A stretch of DNA of 64,000 nucleotides from Squalus acanthias (taxonomy: Eukaryota): positions 24,118,001 to 24,182,000 of the forward strand of contig CM059437.1 in assembly GCA_030390025.1 (NCBI GenBank). Reading direction: 5' to 3'. Both the position numbers and the translations under genes were made by a program. Under the pieces are notes generated by a model, which saw only the letters and a list, made by a program, of their open reading frames with translations, was not told the origin of the DNA and did not search any database. This document shows positions 12,499 to 28,741 of the stretch, one piece after another. The stretch's first letter is position 1; the number at the start of each line of letters is the position of its first letter.

Positions 12499-15441
12499 AA
12501 TTTCCACTTGAATGCATCCTTAAAGGCACATTATCCTGTATAGAATCTTCTAAATAGGAATATGGTTGAATTGTGACAAAGGCATAACTAGTTTGCCAAA
12601 TTAATTTGGAAGCGACTTTGCTATCATGGAAACATCCTGCAATTTCCTCCATAATCCCAGTGTGCATATACTCAGTCTACTGATCATTGTAGTTAGTAGC
12701 ACTGTTCCGGGTACTATAATAACTGTACACAGTCAATCTTGCACAGTTTTCAGTGGGAGACAACAGAACAGTAATACAAAGATTACAAGTAAATTGAAGT
12801 TTTTTTAAAAAAAAACTTCTTTTAACCCCACAACTCAGAACAAGTACATTTATAAACTAATGAATTTTGAGAATTGAACTTTGTCTCCTAAAAATAAAGA
12901 GGATAAGTTATAAATAGTCTACCCATATTAACTCAAAGTTGCTTTTGCTTTGAAAAAAAAATTTAATTAACCAGTAATTTGAATTAAGCAATACAAAATA
13001 GCACAAGAGGCAGTTTGTGCTGGAAAAAAAAATTCAAATAGGACTTTTCTGTTATAAATACTTAAAAAAAAGCATACAAGAGCTGGCAGCCAGACCCTAA
13101 TTTTGGCTTAGCTATACATTCCGAGTTGGTCAGTTTTATCTTTGAAAAAGACAAAAGGAATTCTTATCAAACTAACAGCAGTTGTTGTGTCAATGCTAAA
13201 CAGTATTACACATTTAAAGTCAAGATCTCAAATTTGGTTCGATTGTGAAAACCAGTAACAATCAGCGGTTTTTGATTTGCTTAGATCTTTAGCACAATGG
13301 AAATCAAATTGGTACATACGATCCAAGTTACCAAATATGCAGACAAAAAATATAGATTTATAGAATTCCTTCTTTCTGCTTTTTAATTTATGGGACAAGA
13401 ACATTTCTTGGAACTATGAACAGAAATGGACATCTTTCTTTCTGTTCCTTCCATTTCAAAATGGAGATAGTATTGTACAGAACAATTTTCACATCTATAT
13501 TACAAAGAACTTTTGCATTCCTATGTTCTACTGTAGTGTGTGCTCGAAATGTACCAGTGGAATGAAAAATTTCTGATCTATGTTTTGCTAAATAAATATG
13601 GTAACCAAGGATATTGCACAATCGGAAATAAATGACTGGACCTTCCTCCAAGCTTATAGTCTGGATTCTGTGAGGCATAGAGTGTCTCAGCTTAGATTAT
13701 AACATGAACTGCGTGTGTCCAAAGTAAATTGATACTGTTTTCAATGACCTCACAATGACGTGATTAATTAATTACACTTAATGGTTAAGACATGTATGGT
13801 TTGCATATTAATTTAATATAGTGCAAAAATGGGATTATAGGAAAGAACATGATTAAGATATCAAAATTCTTCTTCAATACATATGTTTGATATCCTACAG
13901 ACCAGAGAGCAGTACTGACCATATGCTGTACAACATTAAACAGAATGACTTCTCAACGGAGTTCAGAACTAGCAAAGGGGTGAGGAAAAGCAGACAAAAG
14001 AAAATGGAATTCCCGATTTTATATCAGGACATCCCAGTCACACCTGAACAATACACCTTTACAACATAACTGAATATATTATATCTGTATCTGAATACAT
14101 TTTAAATAAATCTGTATGATATTTGTAACCAAGACATTTTAAATAATTGCTTGATTGCAACCATTAAGTTACAGTTGGATCTTGCTGCCAAGAGTGACTG
14201 ATCCCTGGGAAATATTACTGAAAGGAAATGACACTCCCCTAATCAAACAGAGGGCACTTACAGTAATCTGTTCAGGTCATACCCAATGCCCAGAAAGTAC
14301 AAAACTAATATGCATGACAGGAATACAGACGCATCACCAAGCACAATTAAGACACGGGCTGTAACACTTGTTTGATGCTCCAATGCACAATGCCATGGAG
14401 TGGTAGGATGTGGGTCTGTGCAGCAATTCCCCACATGGTAAGTTACCTGAGCTTCAAAGCTAGGTTCCTTTGCAAGAAAAGGTAAAAAGATAATCGCCAC
14501 CCTGAGCTGCTCTCTCATTCCTCCAAGAAACTTTGCACAGGCCAATAGGTAGGCTACCTTCCCACCTTCATTGGCTGAGGACTGGTGTGGGGACAGGGAA
14601 ACAATTTAAAAAGGCAAAAATTAACATTTAAAATTTAATTACAAAGGCTATGGAGACAACAAAACTTGCTATCAAACTTAATAAATGCTGGGACAGGAAA
14701 ATGTTTGCCCTAGAACCACAAGATTCTCTGACATAGGGGCCTCATTAAAAAATATTTTGAGTTTGCACTGAGAAATGTGGTTGAAGTGCTTATGCTTCTT
14801 AGCCAGGCTGCAACATTGATAACCTGTCTTACTATAGCAGACATTCCTCTGGATGGCTGACTATTAGAAATTATGACAAGGATCATGCGAGAGATTCAGC
14901 CGTCAGTTCTCACCTAGTTGCAAGTATTCATTGAAAATGAGTGGAACAAAAAAAACCCTCCCTGAATAACTATGAATTATAAGTGTCCCTTTTATAGAAA
15001 GCTGATTAAAACCATCTAGCTATAATATATTTAAAGTCTTGCAATATAGTGTGCGCTTCTTGCAAATGTCACACTTGCTTCCTGTAACACTTTTCCCATC
15101 ACATGTTGTTGATAACACTATTGTTATAAAACAGCACATCCTACGATTCAACATGAGCAGCGCCATGGGCAATCTGTCATTTTATAAATATTAAATTCGT
15201 CTTTAAAAAAAAAAAACTTCTTTGTAGTCACTTATAAATTTGAATTAAAATACAATTGTAACTGACCTCTGGGGAAAATGATCCAGTCATCAATGTAATA
15301 TACCTCAAACTTTCAGCTGAGGCTGTGATATTCGAAAAAAGAGCAGCATAGGTTTAATTTGCAATGGATTTGAACATCTAAAATCAATCTTTCATAGGAC
15401 AAAATAGAATGTCTTGAATAAAATATATACATCAGGAAATA

Positions 15442-16329
<888 letters not shown>

Positions 16330-16984
16330 TTAAAAAAAAATAACAGATATTGGATAATACTTGCACATATATAATTCCTCCTCACGTCAAATTAACTCAG
16401 TGTCTCACAAAATGAATTACTTCTGAAGTGCAGTGACAATCACAATAGTCCTTCACTCCAACATAGATATTACTTATGGGTCCCAAAAGGTAGTCTTGGA
16501 GAGTTTCCAGAGTTGTTGCTGTTGTAAATAAGGTGAAAATATTTGCTGGATTTTAAAATGATTTTCAGAAGAATTACATCTTACTTCCAAAAATCAGGTT
16601 ATTTAAACGAGAAGTGGTTGCTTTTATCCACACTAACATTGGGAGAAGGGGTGGGGAGGAAAAAAGAAAAATGTTTTCACACAGAAACATTAATGTAGAG
16701 ATCGTTAACTGCTCCTTTAGCAATAAAGTGCTAAAAAAAACCAGATGTCTGAATCATCCTAGCGGAATGGCACGGATTCCTCCCCACAAAACAAAGGCCA
16801 ATAATTAACACTTTGGATAAGATGCTCTGATTATGCTGTTGGCTTTTTTTGAACATCCATGTACTGTTCTATTTAAAGCCTGAAGGCTCTGTGGGATAAT
16901 GACCATGAAAAGATAGTTTATCTGGAGTGTGACAAGAGACCCTCACACTCAGAAATAAAATACATTACAAAAATTAGACCTCAC

Positions 16985-17095
16985 CAGGATGGCTTCCACT
17001 TGACAATTTTGCACTTGATGCTTTAGACGCACTCGCTCCATGCACCGTGCATGTACACCTTCCATTCTCAGTCTGTGGAGGGCTTCCAACTTCAT
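16985..17095 (-). CDS. RUNDC1: RUNDC1 exon 4
   Basis: 111 bp; tttcacag acceptor and GTGAGG donor; phase 1-1; DEVGSPPQTENGRCTCTVHG... resembles the human DEVGSPLQT segment. Not in the ORF track. Confidence 0.9.
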
Positions 17096-19429
17096 CTGTG
17101 AAATGAAAACGTGTGTGTAAAGACGACAGTACTTTGGTGAAATTCTTAGGTAGGCACTTCAGTAGGGCTTTCAGGGCTTTTAAACAGCAGATTTCATGGC
17201 GTCAGGACATGTTATTGTACTGACTGGGGAGAAAGCTAAGATTTTAATTCCAGGGTATTAGTAAAGCAAATTAATATATGAACAGGGCTCATATTGATTT
17301 AAGATTAGAATCAAAGTTACACATCACCCATCACTTATGACCTTTGAGACTTGGTAATAAAATGGCTTCTGGCAGTTTGTGTTGACATGACCCGATAACC
17401 TAGAATGGACCATGTCAGATCCCCCTCCCGAACCCGCCAAGTTAAACAGACAAACAGCAATGTAAAATGTATGTTGCTGAACAGAGTCCTTTTCTGGTTA
17501 TAGTTCAGATGATAACAGATTATAGGTTCGGAAGACCCAGAAACACCCTCTATACTTTTTGTGGGAAAGAAAAGGAGATCAAGAACAAGTATTATGACAT
17601 TTCACATTTGAAAATTCTTTTGCTAGTTGCATTTTTGACTGTTTAATTTCACATGCTTGGCACACACACTTTCTGGTGCACAGCTCATTTACAAAATAAA
17701 AAAAGGACATTGGAGATTTTTGTTGGTTGAGGGGTAAGGGCGGTTAAGGACCTGTGTTCCCTAGCAACAAAATTGTCTGCTGTCGAGCACTAATTCTTTG
17801 TATGTGCAACATAAAAATTCTTAAGATTTTAGTTACAAAACTTTTTCTAATGTGTTGCTCAGCCTTTTATCCAACTGGATATTGGTCAAAGGCTCTAACA
17901 AATAGATTCTGGTCTTCCCCGCCAGATAAATTAGCTCTAATACAATGTGTCTCTCAAATGTCTCAAAGTGTTTCATATGAATTACTTTGAAGGGCAATGG
18001 CATGGCATACAAGCAAAGACAGCAGGTATCTTTGCACACAAACAGCAATGAGATGGATGACCAGTTAAGTGTATTTTTGATGGTGTTGGTTGAGGTAATT
18101 CGGGCAGGAGATTGGAAAAATTTCCTGTTCTCTGAAAAATGCCACGAGATCTTTAACGTCCACCTGAAGAGGCAGATGAGGCCTTGATTTAACAAATCAT
18201 CCGAAGGAGTTAGTATGTTCACCTCCCTGGAAAGTAGTAACGTGTGAAAATAAAAGTGCACATTCAATTCATTTTAGATCCTGAGCAGCACACTCAATCA
18301 AGTTTGGGATTTCAGATTATTGACAAACTACTGGAATTAAAGTAACTAAATTTAAACTCTCAAAACCACTAACAAAATATATATATTTTTAAATTGGTCA
18401 TATACTCCCTTTGAGTATTTTGTTCCCTTTCCCAAGTTTCTCACCATGTACAATTCCAGGCTAAGAGGCCAGTGATTTGGCCATAGCTGCGCCCCAATTG
18501 AGTGCATGAGAGCAACCTGATCACTCTTCCACCAATTTTCCCCTTCTCTCTGTGAGGAAGTTTGGCCTCTGCTCAGCAATTCTTCACAACAGTAAGGTTG
18601 AGATTGAGAATTCCACAGGAATGTCTGTAGCCACAAACTACTGTCCTGCTACTACTTGGTATAGTGTCTCGAGGTTATAAAATAATGCAACTCCACAACA
18701 TCCCATCAAAATAAATCTTTAACCTGTAAAGATTCAATTTAATCTCTTAAAAATGGTGGCAGTTAATTGGGCTTTTACTCAAAAAAGTAGGAGTTTTGAA
18801 CCCTTTAAAGATATACATTGAAAAAAAAGTATTTAAGTGGTGCTGACAGAGGAGAAAATTTAAATTTTGTGACTTGAATTCCAGTAGTGTGCCAATATTC
18901 TGAAACCACAAACTTGAATGTACTTTTTATTGCTAATAATTGCATTAACTATGAAATTGTTTCAGAGATACTGTCTGTCCAGTCAACTGGGTAAATTCTA
19001 CTCCCAGTAATGTGCAGTGCAAAATTACAAAAACATCCACTCCCAGACTACTTCTGATCAGTAGTAATACATAAAAACTTGAGAACAAGGTGTCCGAGAC
19101 ACTGGTAAAAGTACAATATCACCCTATATAATAATTACAATTATGTGGAAATTCAGGTGAATACAGTTGTTTTAAATGTTCCTACCCCCATAAGGCAAGA
19201 AAATGCCAAATTTGTCTAATCTATGGGGTTTTGGATTCCTGTTTCTATGACTTCAAAATAGATGGTTTCAAAATGGCTCCCTCACATCCCTCACTGCCAC
19301 CCAAGGTTTTTGTAATTTGCTCTATTACTCCGAGAACATAGTGTATAAAATATAAAAAGAAAATGAAAAGCCAAGTTCTAAATAGCAAATATTTTCTGCA
19401 AATACATGTTAGATAAAATATTAACAGTT

Positions 19430-19553
19430 TAATGGTTTTCATTCTAGCCTTGGTGTATTCCACTGTACAATCATAAGAAAAGTGCCTGTCATTATTGAAA
19501 ATCTCATTATGATTGTACAGTGGAATACACCAAGGATAGAATGAAAACCATTA
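19430..19553. repeat. 47-bp inverted repeat with 30-nt spacer
   Basis: 19430-19476 versus 19507-19553, one mismatch. Confidence 0.9.
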
Positions 19554-20146
19554 TCCACCTGAACTATACCTTAAGAGAACAGCTAGCAAACAATTTGTTT
19601 TCAGAAATATCCTGGTCTGTAACCATCTACTAGGATGTGTGCAAGAATAGCTCAGTGTGGTCTCCATTAATATTTCCACCCTCCCTGTAGAGAGGTACCT
19701 GGTCCACAAACCCAGAACCTATCACTCTCTGTCTTGGTGTGCTGATCCTAGAAGCATGTCATTCAGCAAAATTTAAATACAAATAAAAAAGTAAAATCAT
19801 GCAAATGCTGGAAACCTGAAACAAAAACAGAAAAGACTTGGCTCTGAAGAAGGGTACAAGCCCAAACGTCGACTGTCTAGTCCATAGATGCTCTGCATTT
19901 CCAGCTTTTTCTGATTTTATTTCAAATAAAATTACTTAGGCAAAAGGGGAACACAATTAATTTGCTCTACTTCACAAGAGCACAAGAACACAAAATCTAT
20001 TCATCTAATTTTACTTGCATATCAAAAGAATTGAGACTTGAAACTTTATAAGTATATAATTCCCATTTCAATCCTAGGCTAATTGATCTAGAGATCAATG
20101 AGTGTAATAAACGCCAGTGGCTATTGAGATCAGCACAATAGATCTA

Positions 20147-20473
<327 letters not shown>

Positions 20474-20649
20474 TCAATATAACTGGCCACTACGAGGTTT
20501 AGACAACACTCCTGATTATCCCTCCTCCTGTGGGCAGAGACAGGGGTCTGTGTGCAAAGTCTCTGCTCTCTTTCCACCCCAATATATATTTGATATGTGG
20601 TGAATTACAGCTGCAAACTGGAGTCTTGCCATTATACAGCCCAACACCA

Positions 20650-21095
20650 TGTGTCAGCCTTGGCTCAGTGGCACCACTCACCGGAGTCAGAAAGTTGTGG
20701 GTTCAAGCCCCACTCCAGAGACAAGCACACAATCTAGGCTGGCACTTCTGTGCAGTACTGAGGGAGTGTTGCACTGTCAGAGGTGCCGTCTTTTGGATGA
20801 GATGTTAAGCCTGCCTTTCAGGTGAACGTAAAAGATCCCACAGCACTATTTGAAGAACAACAGGGGAGTTCTCCCAGTATCTTGGCCAAAATTTATCCCC
20901 CAATCAATATCACAAACAGATAATCTGGTCATTTATAATAATTGCTGTTTGTGGGAGCTTGCGGTGTACAAATTGGCTGCTGTGTTGCATACATTACAAC
21001 AGTGACTACACTTCAAAAGTACTTCAATGGCTGTAAAGTGCTGTGGAATATCCCGAGGTGAAAGGCGCTATATAAATGCAAGTCTTTTTTTTTTC
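20650..21095 (+). mobile_element. DeuSINE (SacSINE1-like), near full length
   Basis: tRNA head, Deu domain and tail aaaggcgctatataaatgcaagtct. Confidence 0.85.
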
Positions 21096-21110
21096 TTAGC
21101 TGATGTTACT

Positions 21111-21330
21111 TAGGAACATAGGAACAGAAGTAGGCCGTTCCACCCCTCAAGCCTGTTCCGCCATTCAATTAAATCATGGTTGATCTGTATCGTAACTCCA
21201 TCTACCCGTCTTGGTTCCGGAACCTTTAAAACACTTGCCAACAAAAATCTATCAATCTGTTTTGAAATTTTCAATTGATCTAGTCTTAGCAGCTTTTTGG
21301 AGGAGACAGTTCCAGATTTCCATTACCCTA
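21111..21330 (-). mobile_element. CR1 3' end
   Basis: (ttcctatg)n tail and ttgaatggcggaacaggcttgagggg terminal stem region. Confidence 0.8.
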
Positions 21331-21376
21331 GTAGTTTAATTAGTTGTTGAGGTACATCAACAACTAATTAAACTAC
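21331..21376. repeat. Perfect 20-bp hairpin, 6-nt loop
   Basis: gtagtttaattagttgttga-ggtaca-tcaacaactaattaaactac. Confidence 0.9.
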
Positions 21377-21539
21377 GCTTTATACTATTGGTCGGTTATC
21401 TTGAAGCTTAGGAAGGTCCAAGTCTAAACACGGAGGCTATTGGAATCTTAGTGCAGTTATTATTGGTTGATTATGCCTCTAGACTAAATTGATCATGGAT
21501 GAAATGAGAAAATATGTCTGCAGTACACCATGACTTTCA

Positions 21540-21746
<207 letters not shown>

Positions 21747-22550
21747 TCAAACGGACATCCCCAGTGTGTTTTCAAATACTCAAGAATAAAAAAATACACA
21801 ATTGTAGACTCTATCCCATGACCAAAACTGTCCAAGCGTTGAGAAAACTGCAGACTTACTATCAAAAAACAAATACATATCCATAGATTGCATAGAAACC
21901 AAAGAAACTATTTAAAAATATACCTTTTCATTGAATCCAGAACTTTGAGAAAAAAAAAATCGGAATGTCTGAATATTGACAATGAATTAGATTAAGTGAA
22001 CCAAGCTGGAAAATACTGAGCGAAAGTTAACAAAATACATCAAATGCAGCTACATCCAACTGTGAAAACCTGATAAATGCAAACTGTTGGGACAGGATAA
22101 AGCAATAGCAAGGGTTATCAGTTGAACTATATGATTTGTGGTGACAGTTCTGTTGAACTTAACCCTTTCAATGCTGAATATTCTAGTAACTTTAAAAATA
22201 TCAATTTAATTTTTATCTTAACATTTACAAAAATACCCTAATTTTGCAATTTTTAAATATGGAATATAGTAAGCTAGAAATAATGGACAAGACCTCTCCC
22301 CCAAACCCCTGTTCAAACTAGCACTCCCCACTCTCCTCTCCAATTTCATGCTGGGACATATCTGCCCTCTTCCAATTTTATGCTGGTTTGGTCGTTTCTC
22401 TCCCTTCTCCAACTTCACACAGGCACTCCCCCACCTTGCTTCTCCTCCTTACCCATGAACTTACCCAACCCATCTTCTAACTGCTGTCACTAATTCGCTT
22501 TCTCTCATGTTCCTACAGACATAGGCCAATGAACACCACTGGACCTCATT

Positions 22551-25042
22551 GGAACATAGGAACAGGAGTAGACCATTCAGCCCCTCAAGCCTGTTCCGCC
22601 ATTCAATGAGATCATGGCTGATCTGCGACCTAACTCCATATACCCGCCTTTGGCCCATATCCCTTAATACCTTTGGTTAATAAAAAGCTATCAATCTCAG
22701 ATTTAAAATTAACAATTGATCTAGCATCAATTGCCATTTGCGGAAGAGAGTTCCAAACTTCTACCACCCTTTGTGTGTAGAAGTGTTTCCTAATTTCACT
22801 CCTGAAAGGTCTGGCTCTAATTTTTAGACTATGCCCCCAGTCCTAGAATCCCCAACCAGCGGAAATAGTTTCTCTTGATCTACCCTATCTGTTCCCCTTA
22901 ATATCTTGAAAACTTCGATCAGATCACCCCTTAACCTTCTAAATTCTAGGGAATACAACCCTAATTTGTGTAATCTCGCCTCGTAACTTAACCCTTGAAG
23001 TCCAGGTATCATTCTGGTAAACCTACGCTGCAGTCCCTCCAAGGACAATATATCCTTCATTAGGTGTGGTGCTCAGAACTGCTCACAGTACTTCAGGTGT
23101 GGTCTAACCAGGGTTTTGTATAGCTGTAGCATAACTTCTACCCCCTTGTATTCTCGTCCTCTAGATATAAAGGCCAGCAATCCATTAGCCTTTTTGATTA
23201 TTTTCTGTACATGTTCATGACATTTTAATGATCTATGTACCTGGACCCCCAAGTCTCTTTGGACATCCACTGTTTTTAGCTTTTCACCATTTAGAAAGTA
23301 CCCTGTTCTATCCTTTTTAGGTCCAAAGTGGATGACCTCACATTTGCTTACATTGAAATCCATTTGCCACAGTTTTTCCCATTCACTTAATCTATCAATA
23401 TCCCTTTGTAATTTTATGCTTTCATCTACACTGCCTACAATGCTGCCTATCTTTGTGTCATCGGAAAATTTGGATATATAACTTGCTATGCCATCATCTA
23501 AGTCGTTAATAAATATTGTGAATAGTTGAGGCCCCAACACAGATCCCTGCGAGACACCACTAGTCACATCCTGCCAATGAGCACCTACCCATTATCCCGA
23601 CTGCCTGTCTCCTGCCGCTCAGCCAATTTCCTAACCAGGTCAATAATTTGCCTTCAATTCCGTGACTTCTACCTTAGATAACAGTCTCTTATGAGGGACT
23701 TTATCAAATGCCTTCTGGAAGTCCATATAAATAATATCCATAGACATTCCGCTGTCCACTATTTTAGTCACCTCTTCAAAATATTCAATCAGGTTTGTCA
23801 GGCATAACCTACCTTTCACAAATCCATGCTGGCTCCCTCTGATCTACTGAAAATTGAGAGGTGTTCAGTCACCCTATACTTAATTATAGATTCCAGCTAT
23901 TTCCCGACAACAGAGGTTAGGCTAACTGGACTACAATTCCCTGGTTTCCCTCTCTCGACATTCTTAAATAGCGGAGTGACATGCGCAATTTTCCAATCTA
24001 AAGGAACGGTTTTTGAATCTAGAGAACTTTGGAAGATTATAGTTAGGGCATCTGCAATGTGCTCACCTACTTCCTTTAAACCCCTGGGATGGAAACCATC
24101 TGCTCCTGGGGATTTGTCACTCTTTAGTGTCATTATTTTCTTCTTTACTGTTATTTTACTTACATTAATTTTATTGAGTCCCTGTCCCCAATTCAATATT
24201 AGTTTCCTTGGGATTTCCGGCATGCTATCCTCTTCTTCTACTGTAAATACTGACACAAAGTAATTATTCAACATTTCCGCCAGTTCCTTATCATTGACAA
24301 TATCACCGCTTTCAGTTTTTAAGGGACCAAAATTGCTCCTGACTACCCTCTTTTTCCGAATGCAATTGTAAAAATTCTTCATATTGATTTTGATATCCCT
24401 TGCAAGTTTCTTTTCGGACTCCCTTTTTGTAGCTCTTACTATCTGTTTTGTGACCCTTTGCTATTCTTTGTATTTTTCCCATTCGCCAGGATCTGTGCTC
24501 TTTTTTGCATGCTTTTTCTTTTAGTTTTATGCCTTACCTCTTTAATCGTCCATGGCGGTTTTTTTTGGCAAGTAGAACTCTTGCCTTTCAGGGGTACAAA
24601 CTGGTTCTGTATCGCATTAGATTCTTTTTTAAACATCTTCCACTGATGATCTGTCGTTTTACCCATCAACAGATTTGCCCAGTTTATTGTGGACAGTCTC
24701 TGCCTCATCCCGTTGAAGTCAGCCTAACCTAAATCTAGAATCTTAGTAGCTGTTTCGCATTTCTCCCTTTCAAACACTACGTTGAGCTCGATCATGTTAT
24801 GATTGCTATTGGATAAATGTTCACGCACAGTTGGGCTGTTAATTAAATCTGGCTCATTACTAAATCTAATATGGCTTGCCCCCTTGTTGCCTCTAGGACA
24901 TATTGTTGTAGAAAACTATCCCGGACACAGTCAAGAAATTTACTACCTTTCTGACCGGTGCTAGTCTGCTTATCCTAATCTATATGAAAGTTAAAATCCC
25001 CCATTAAAACCACTCTGCCTTTGCTACACGCTTGTCTAATCT
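22551..25042 (-). mobile_element. CR1 LINE, about 2.5 kb (partial EN, RT, 3' end)
   Basis: KSPGADGFHPR, DWKIAHVTPLFK, SGVSQGSVLGP, KFSDDTK; stops and frameshifts. Confidence 0.92.
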
Positions 25043-28000
25043 TGATGGCTTCAATCACCGGTACACCCTGCTCTACTAGCACACATCCCGGTTACCCAGC
25101 CAGCTGAGGCCCAACATGAACATATGCGTGGCAGACCAAAGTCGGAGTATAACCCTACCCCACACCCACCCAACATATGGCACTCTGCCTGCAGCACTGC
25201 ACTTCCAAGCCATGCTAGCTTCAAACCCCAACAGTACCAGCCCTGAGGCAGCACCAGCCCCACCCACCACCATCCAGCCTTGGGCCCGAGTCTAGTCAGT
25301 CACCTGCAGCCCCTAACACAACATTGTAATGGATCCTGCTGTGTCCTACCTCATATTTTGAGATAGAACAGTCAACATATGCTTTTCCTGCACCCAGAGA
25401 CAATCCAAAATATTTATTTCAGACAAATAAAAACCTGCTGCTGAAAACAAGCCTGCAGATTATAGAAGGAAGGGAAGGAGTTCAACAGTTCTGAAGTTGT
25501 AGGGGGAATAAAAGTGAAATAAAACTAAATTAACTTAAATAATCATTTTCAAAAAATCTTATCAAACATAAGCTCAAGAGTCCTAGAGCAGAACATGCTC
25601 ATGCAGGGCAAGCAATTCAGACTTGCAGCTTTCTGTTTATGGCATACAAGGACCATAGACATGCAAATTACATTTTTGACAGTTCCTGAACCATGCACAC
25701 TGTAGTCTACTACTCTTGAATCAAAGTCGCTTAATTCAAATTCTCAGTTAATTCAGTCATTTTAGCACAAAATTTCCACTTTGCGGTGTTATTTACATTA
25801 CTTAATTCAAATTACTGGATAATTCAATTGTTAGTGCAAAAAATGACTGAAATGCCAGTAATTTGTGTTCACAACATTTTCATTTGTTATGCAAAAAAAT
25901 TAAACTTTGAATGTAAACTTACCAAACCTTCCTGTAGTTCAGGCAGGATCAATAAGAAAACAGAAGATTAGATTCATTTGATATATTACAATTACATAAT
26001 TTGATTCAAATTTCAGGTGTTTTTAAGTCAGCAATCTCAGCTTCTTTGAAATTCATGTTCCTGTTTATTTATTGAACCATGCTACATGTGTAACATTTTC
26101 AATCCTGTGTCTGAACACAAATCAGAATGGAAAATGTTGCCATTTGCAATTTTGGCCGGTTGCTGATACTTTTGCCTGTTGTGATTACGCTTTAGGATTG
26201 CTGCTGATTACGTTTAGAAATGTATTGGATCTCACATCTGCAGTACTTACTTTTCTTTGATCCAAAGAACTTTGTAATTTATGGCTCCTTGAATTGACAT
26301 ATATTAAAAAAAAACATTTCCCATTAAAATTATAATTCAATGCGTCACAATTTTGTGAAAGACTCAATATTAAACATTTAAAATGTAACATGGAAAAATG
26401 AAAATTACATTGATCTATCTATGTCACTTGTCTGAGATTACTACTGTTCGGATATCACTTATGATACTACCCTTAATATCACACCTGTATGTATAATACA
26501 TAGTAGCAATTCCACTAAAGTAGGTAGGTTGGGTTGTTATTAGTATTGAGGCCAAAGTTGAGTAATGGAAAATCAGTCTTTTTTTTTAGAAATTTGAGTG
26601 AAAAGTACACATCACTAAGGTTGGCTGGGGGCGGGGGAAGAGCACAGCAAAAACAGAAAAAATGTTAATACTCATCAGCATTTTTTGTTTACATGTTAAC
26701 TGCAGAGTACACACCTGAATCGTTATAACCTGCCTTTTCTCTTTACAGATGCCGACTGACTGGTGTGTATTTCTGGCTTTTTTCCATTTTTATGTCAGAT
26801 TTCCAGCCTTTTCAGTTTGTCCTTTTTATTTTACAGTAGTAGGTAATGTAGGCTTTGGCTTCAAACATCCAGCAACCGCAATATTCTGAATATTTGATTT
26901 GCAGTTACAATTTTAATATATTTATGACAATGCAAATAAGCATTCAAAATACACTTGTTTTCTCAAGTCTATTACTCTGAATAGTATGACTTTAAAAAGA
27001 TTAACCTTGATTATCTTGTTGATATACATGCCAAGTGACTTTAATCCAACCATTCAGAAAATGCAATAACAAGTATGGTAATAATTCCCTTGAGAATTCC
27101 AATCAGTTTGGGGGGAAAAAAATTTAATTACTGAGAGAGAGGACTGCGCATGTCATAAGGCACTGTGCGTTTATTTAGAACCATTTAATGAAATCTCAAT
27201 TATCTGCATCTTTCTTCAGAAACTTCAACGTGCAATTTGTGGAGGCAGTATCCAGATACTTTCATCTTCGAAATATAGTACATCTGCACAACTTCTCTTT
27301 GACACCTGGGATTATTCTCACGATGGCAATGTGCTGAATATGCACAATACAATCTGAGGTAGGACAATTATTTGTTGACATCTGTTAAACATACAGATAA
27401 GAAATACATTCTGCAATTAACATTCTAAAAAATTGCTGATGAGCAAATTGCTGGTATATTAACAAGCTGTATCACAGATTATTAGAATGCTAGTTAAGAC
27501 CCACAATTCTACTCATGATTTATTCTGGATCGCAACAGGGTCATCAACAAGAGGCACTAATCACAGCCAAATAGCTTGCCTATATGGAGGAACAGTTAGA
27601 GTGACTTGGAGCTATTGACTACTTTTAGAACTGTGTTAGCTTGCCAACCTTTCCGCTGGGGATCAGTGTATTGCACTGGGGGACCTAATGAGGGAAGAAA
27701 AATAATTGGAAAATAGAAACATGAGTACAGCATATAATGTGCTTTCCAATAGAATTCTTACATTATGGACTCTGATTTAAGATCCACAGAACCACAAATG
27801 GTCGCATGAATTACAGCAACAATTCTGCTAAATTAATGAATTGTAACGAGTAAAATAGTTTTGGCCGAATGCCTTAAATAAATGTTTGTGCTGCAATATT
27901 TGCACAATGACTTCTATGACATATATAGACAAAAGTAAATTAGGTGAAGGTTATAATGCAGCATCAGTAGATTCTTCAATACATTAGTAAATGTACATCT

Positions 28001-28741
28001 AATTATCCAGAATCACATTTGATATACAAGTGGTAATGACAGGTAATTTTACACAAGTAACTGGTGACAGGTAATAGAATAGCTAATGACTACTGAATTT
28101 TGTACAGCGACAGTCTGGTACACTGAACCCATATCATATAGCCAGGTGAAACTTATATTGTCAGGTAGTGTCTTTGAAATTCAGTCCACTATAATGACCG
28201 GTAGGTATGCGATACAAACAGGTTAAAATCTCAATTGCCTAGCTAAGAAGGAGCTTTGTATAACGCAGGTGATAGCTAACAAAAGTATTTAAAAAAAATT
28301 GAGCTGTGCATTTTGTTACAGCGAATTTTCAATTAAGAATATGCAATTAGAAGTAGGCCAGCGTGGCAGATCTGGGAATTTTCATGTACTCTCAAGTTAC
28401 AAATTGGCAAAGAGTTGTTGAGCCAAAGCCAAAAAGCGTAGGTGGGGGGGGTGGAACATGCCCTGGTAACAATGAGGTTATGGAGTGGAGGGGCACCCAG
28501 CAGATGGTTTTAAGCATTTCAGATTTGTAATGTATCTCATGTAATTAGTTTGTTGTGCATCGTGTGATACTGTGAACTTTCCAATAATTTTTATTCCAGA
28601 AAAAGTTGGGCTTTTATATATTTTTTAAAAAGAGCTGCATTCAAATTTGGCCATTAGTCTTTAAAGGTGGAGTTTGTGAATCAAGCTCCTGCGGCTGGTT
28701 GGGTGAAGCAGATGTCCCGAGTACAGGGGGCACATCCTTAC

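Noticed and set aside
19790-19925. Hammerhead in an old pLTR remnant (similar remnant at about 26650-26830)
   Set aside because: The core is decayed (GAAA box lost) and no TSD is visible; old Penelope debris.
25043-25330. C-rich segment at a CR1 5' junction as a possible exon or captured gene
   Set aside because: No convincing splice sites, protein match or TSD bracketing it.
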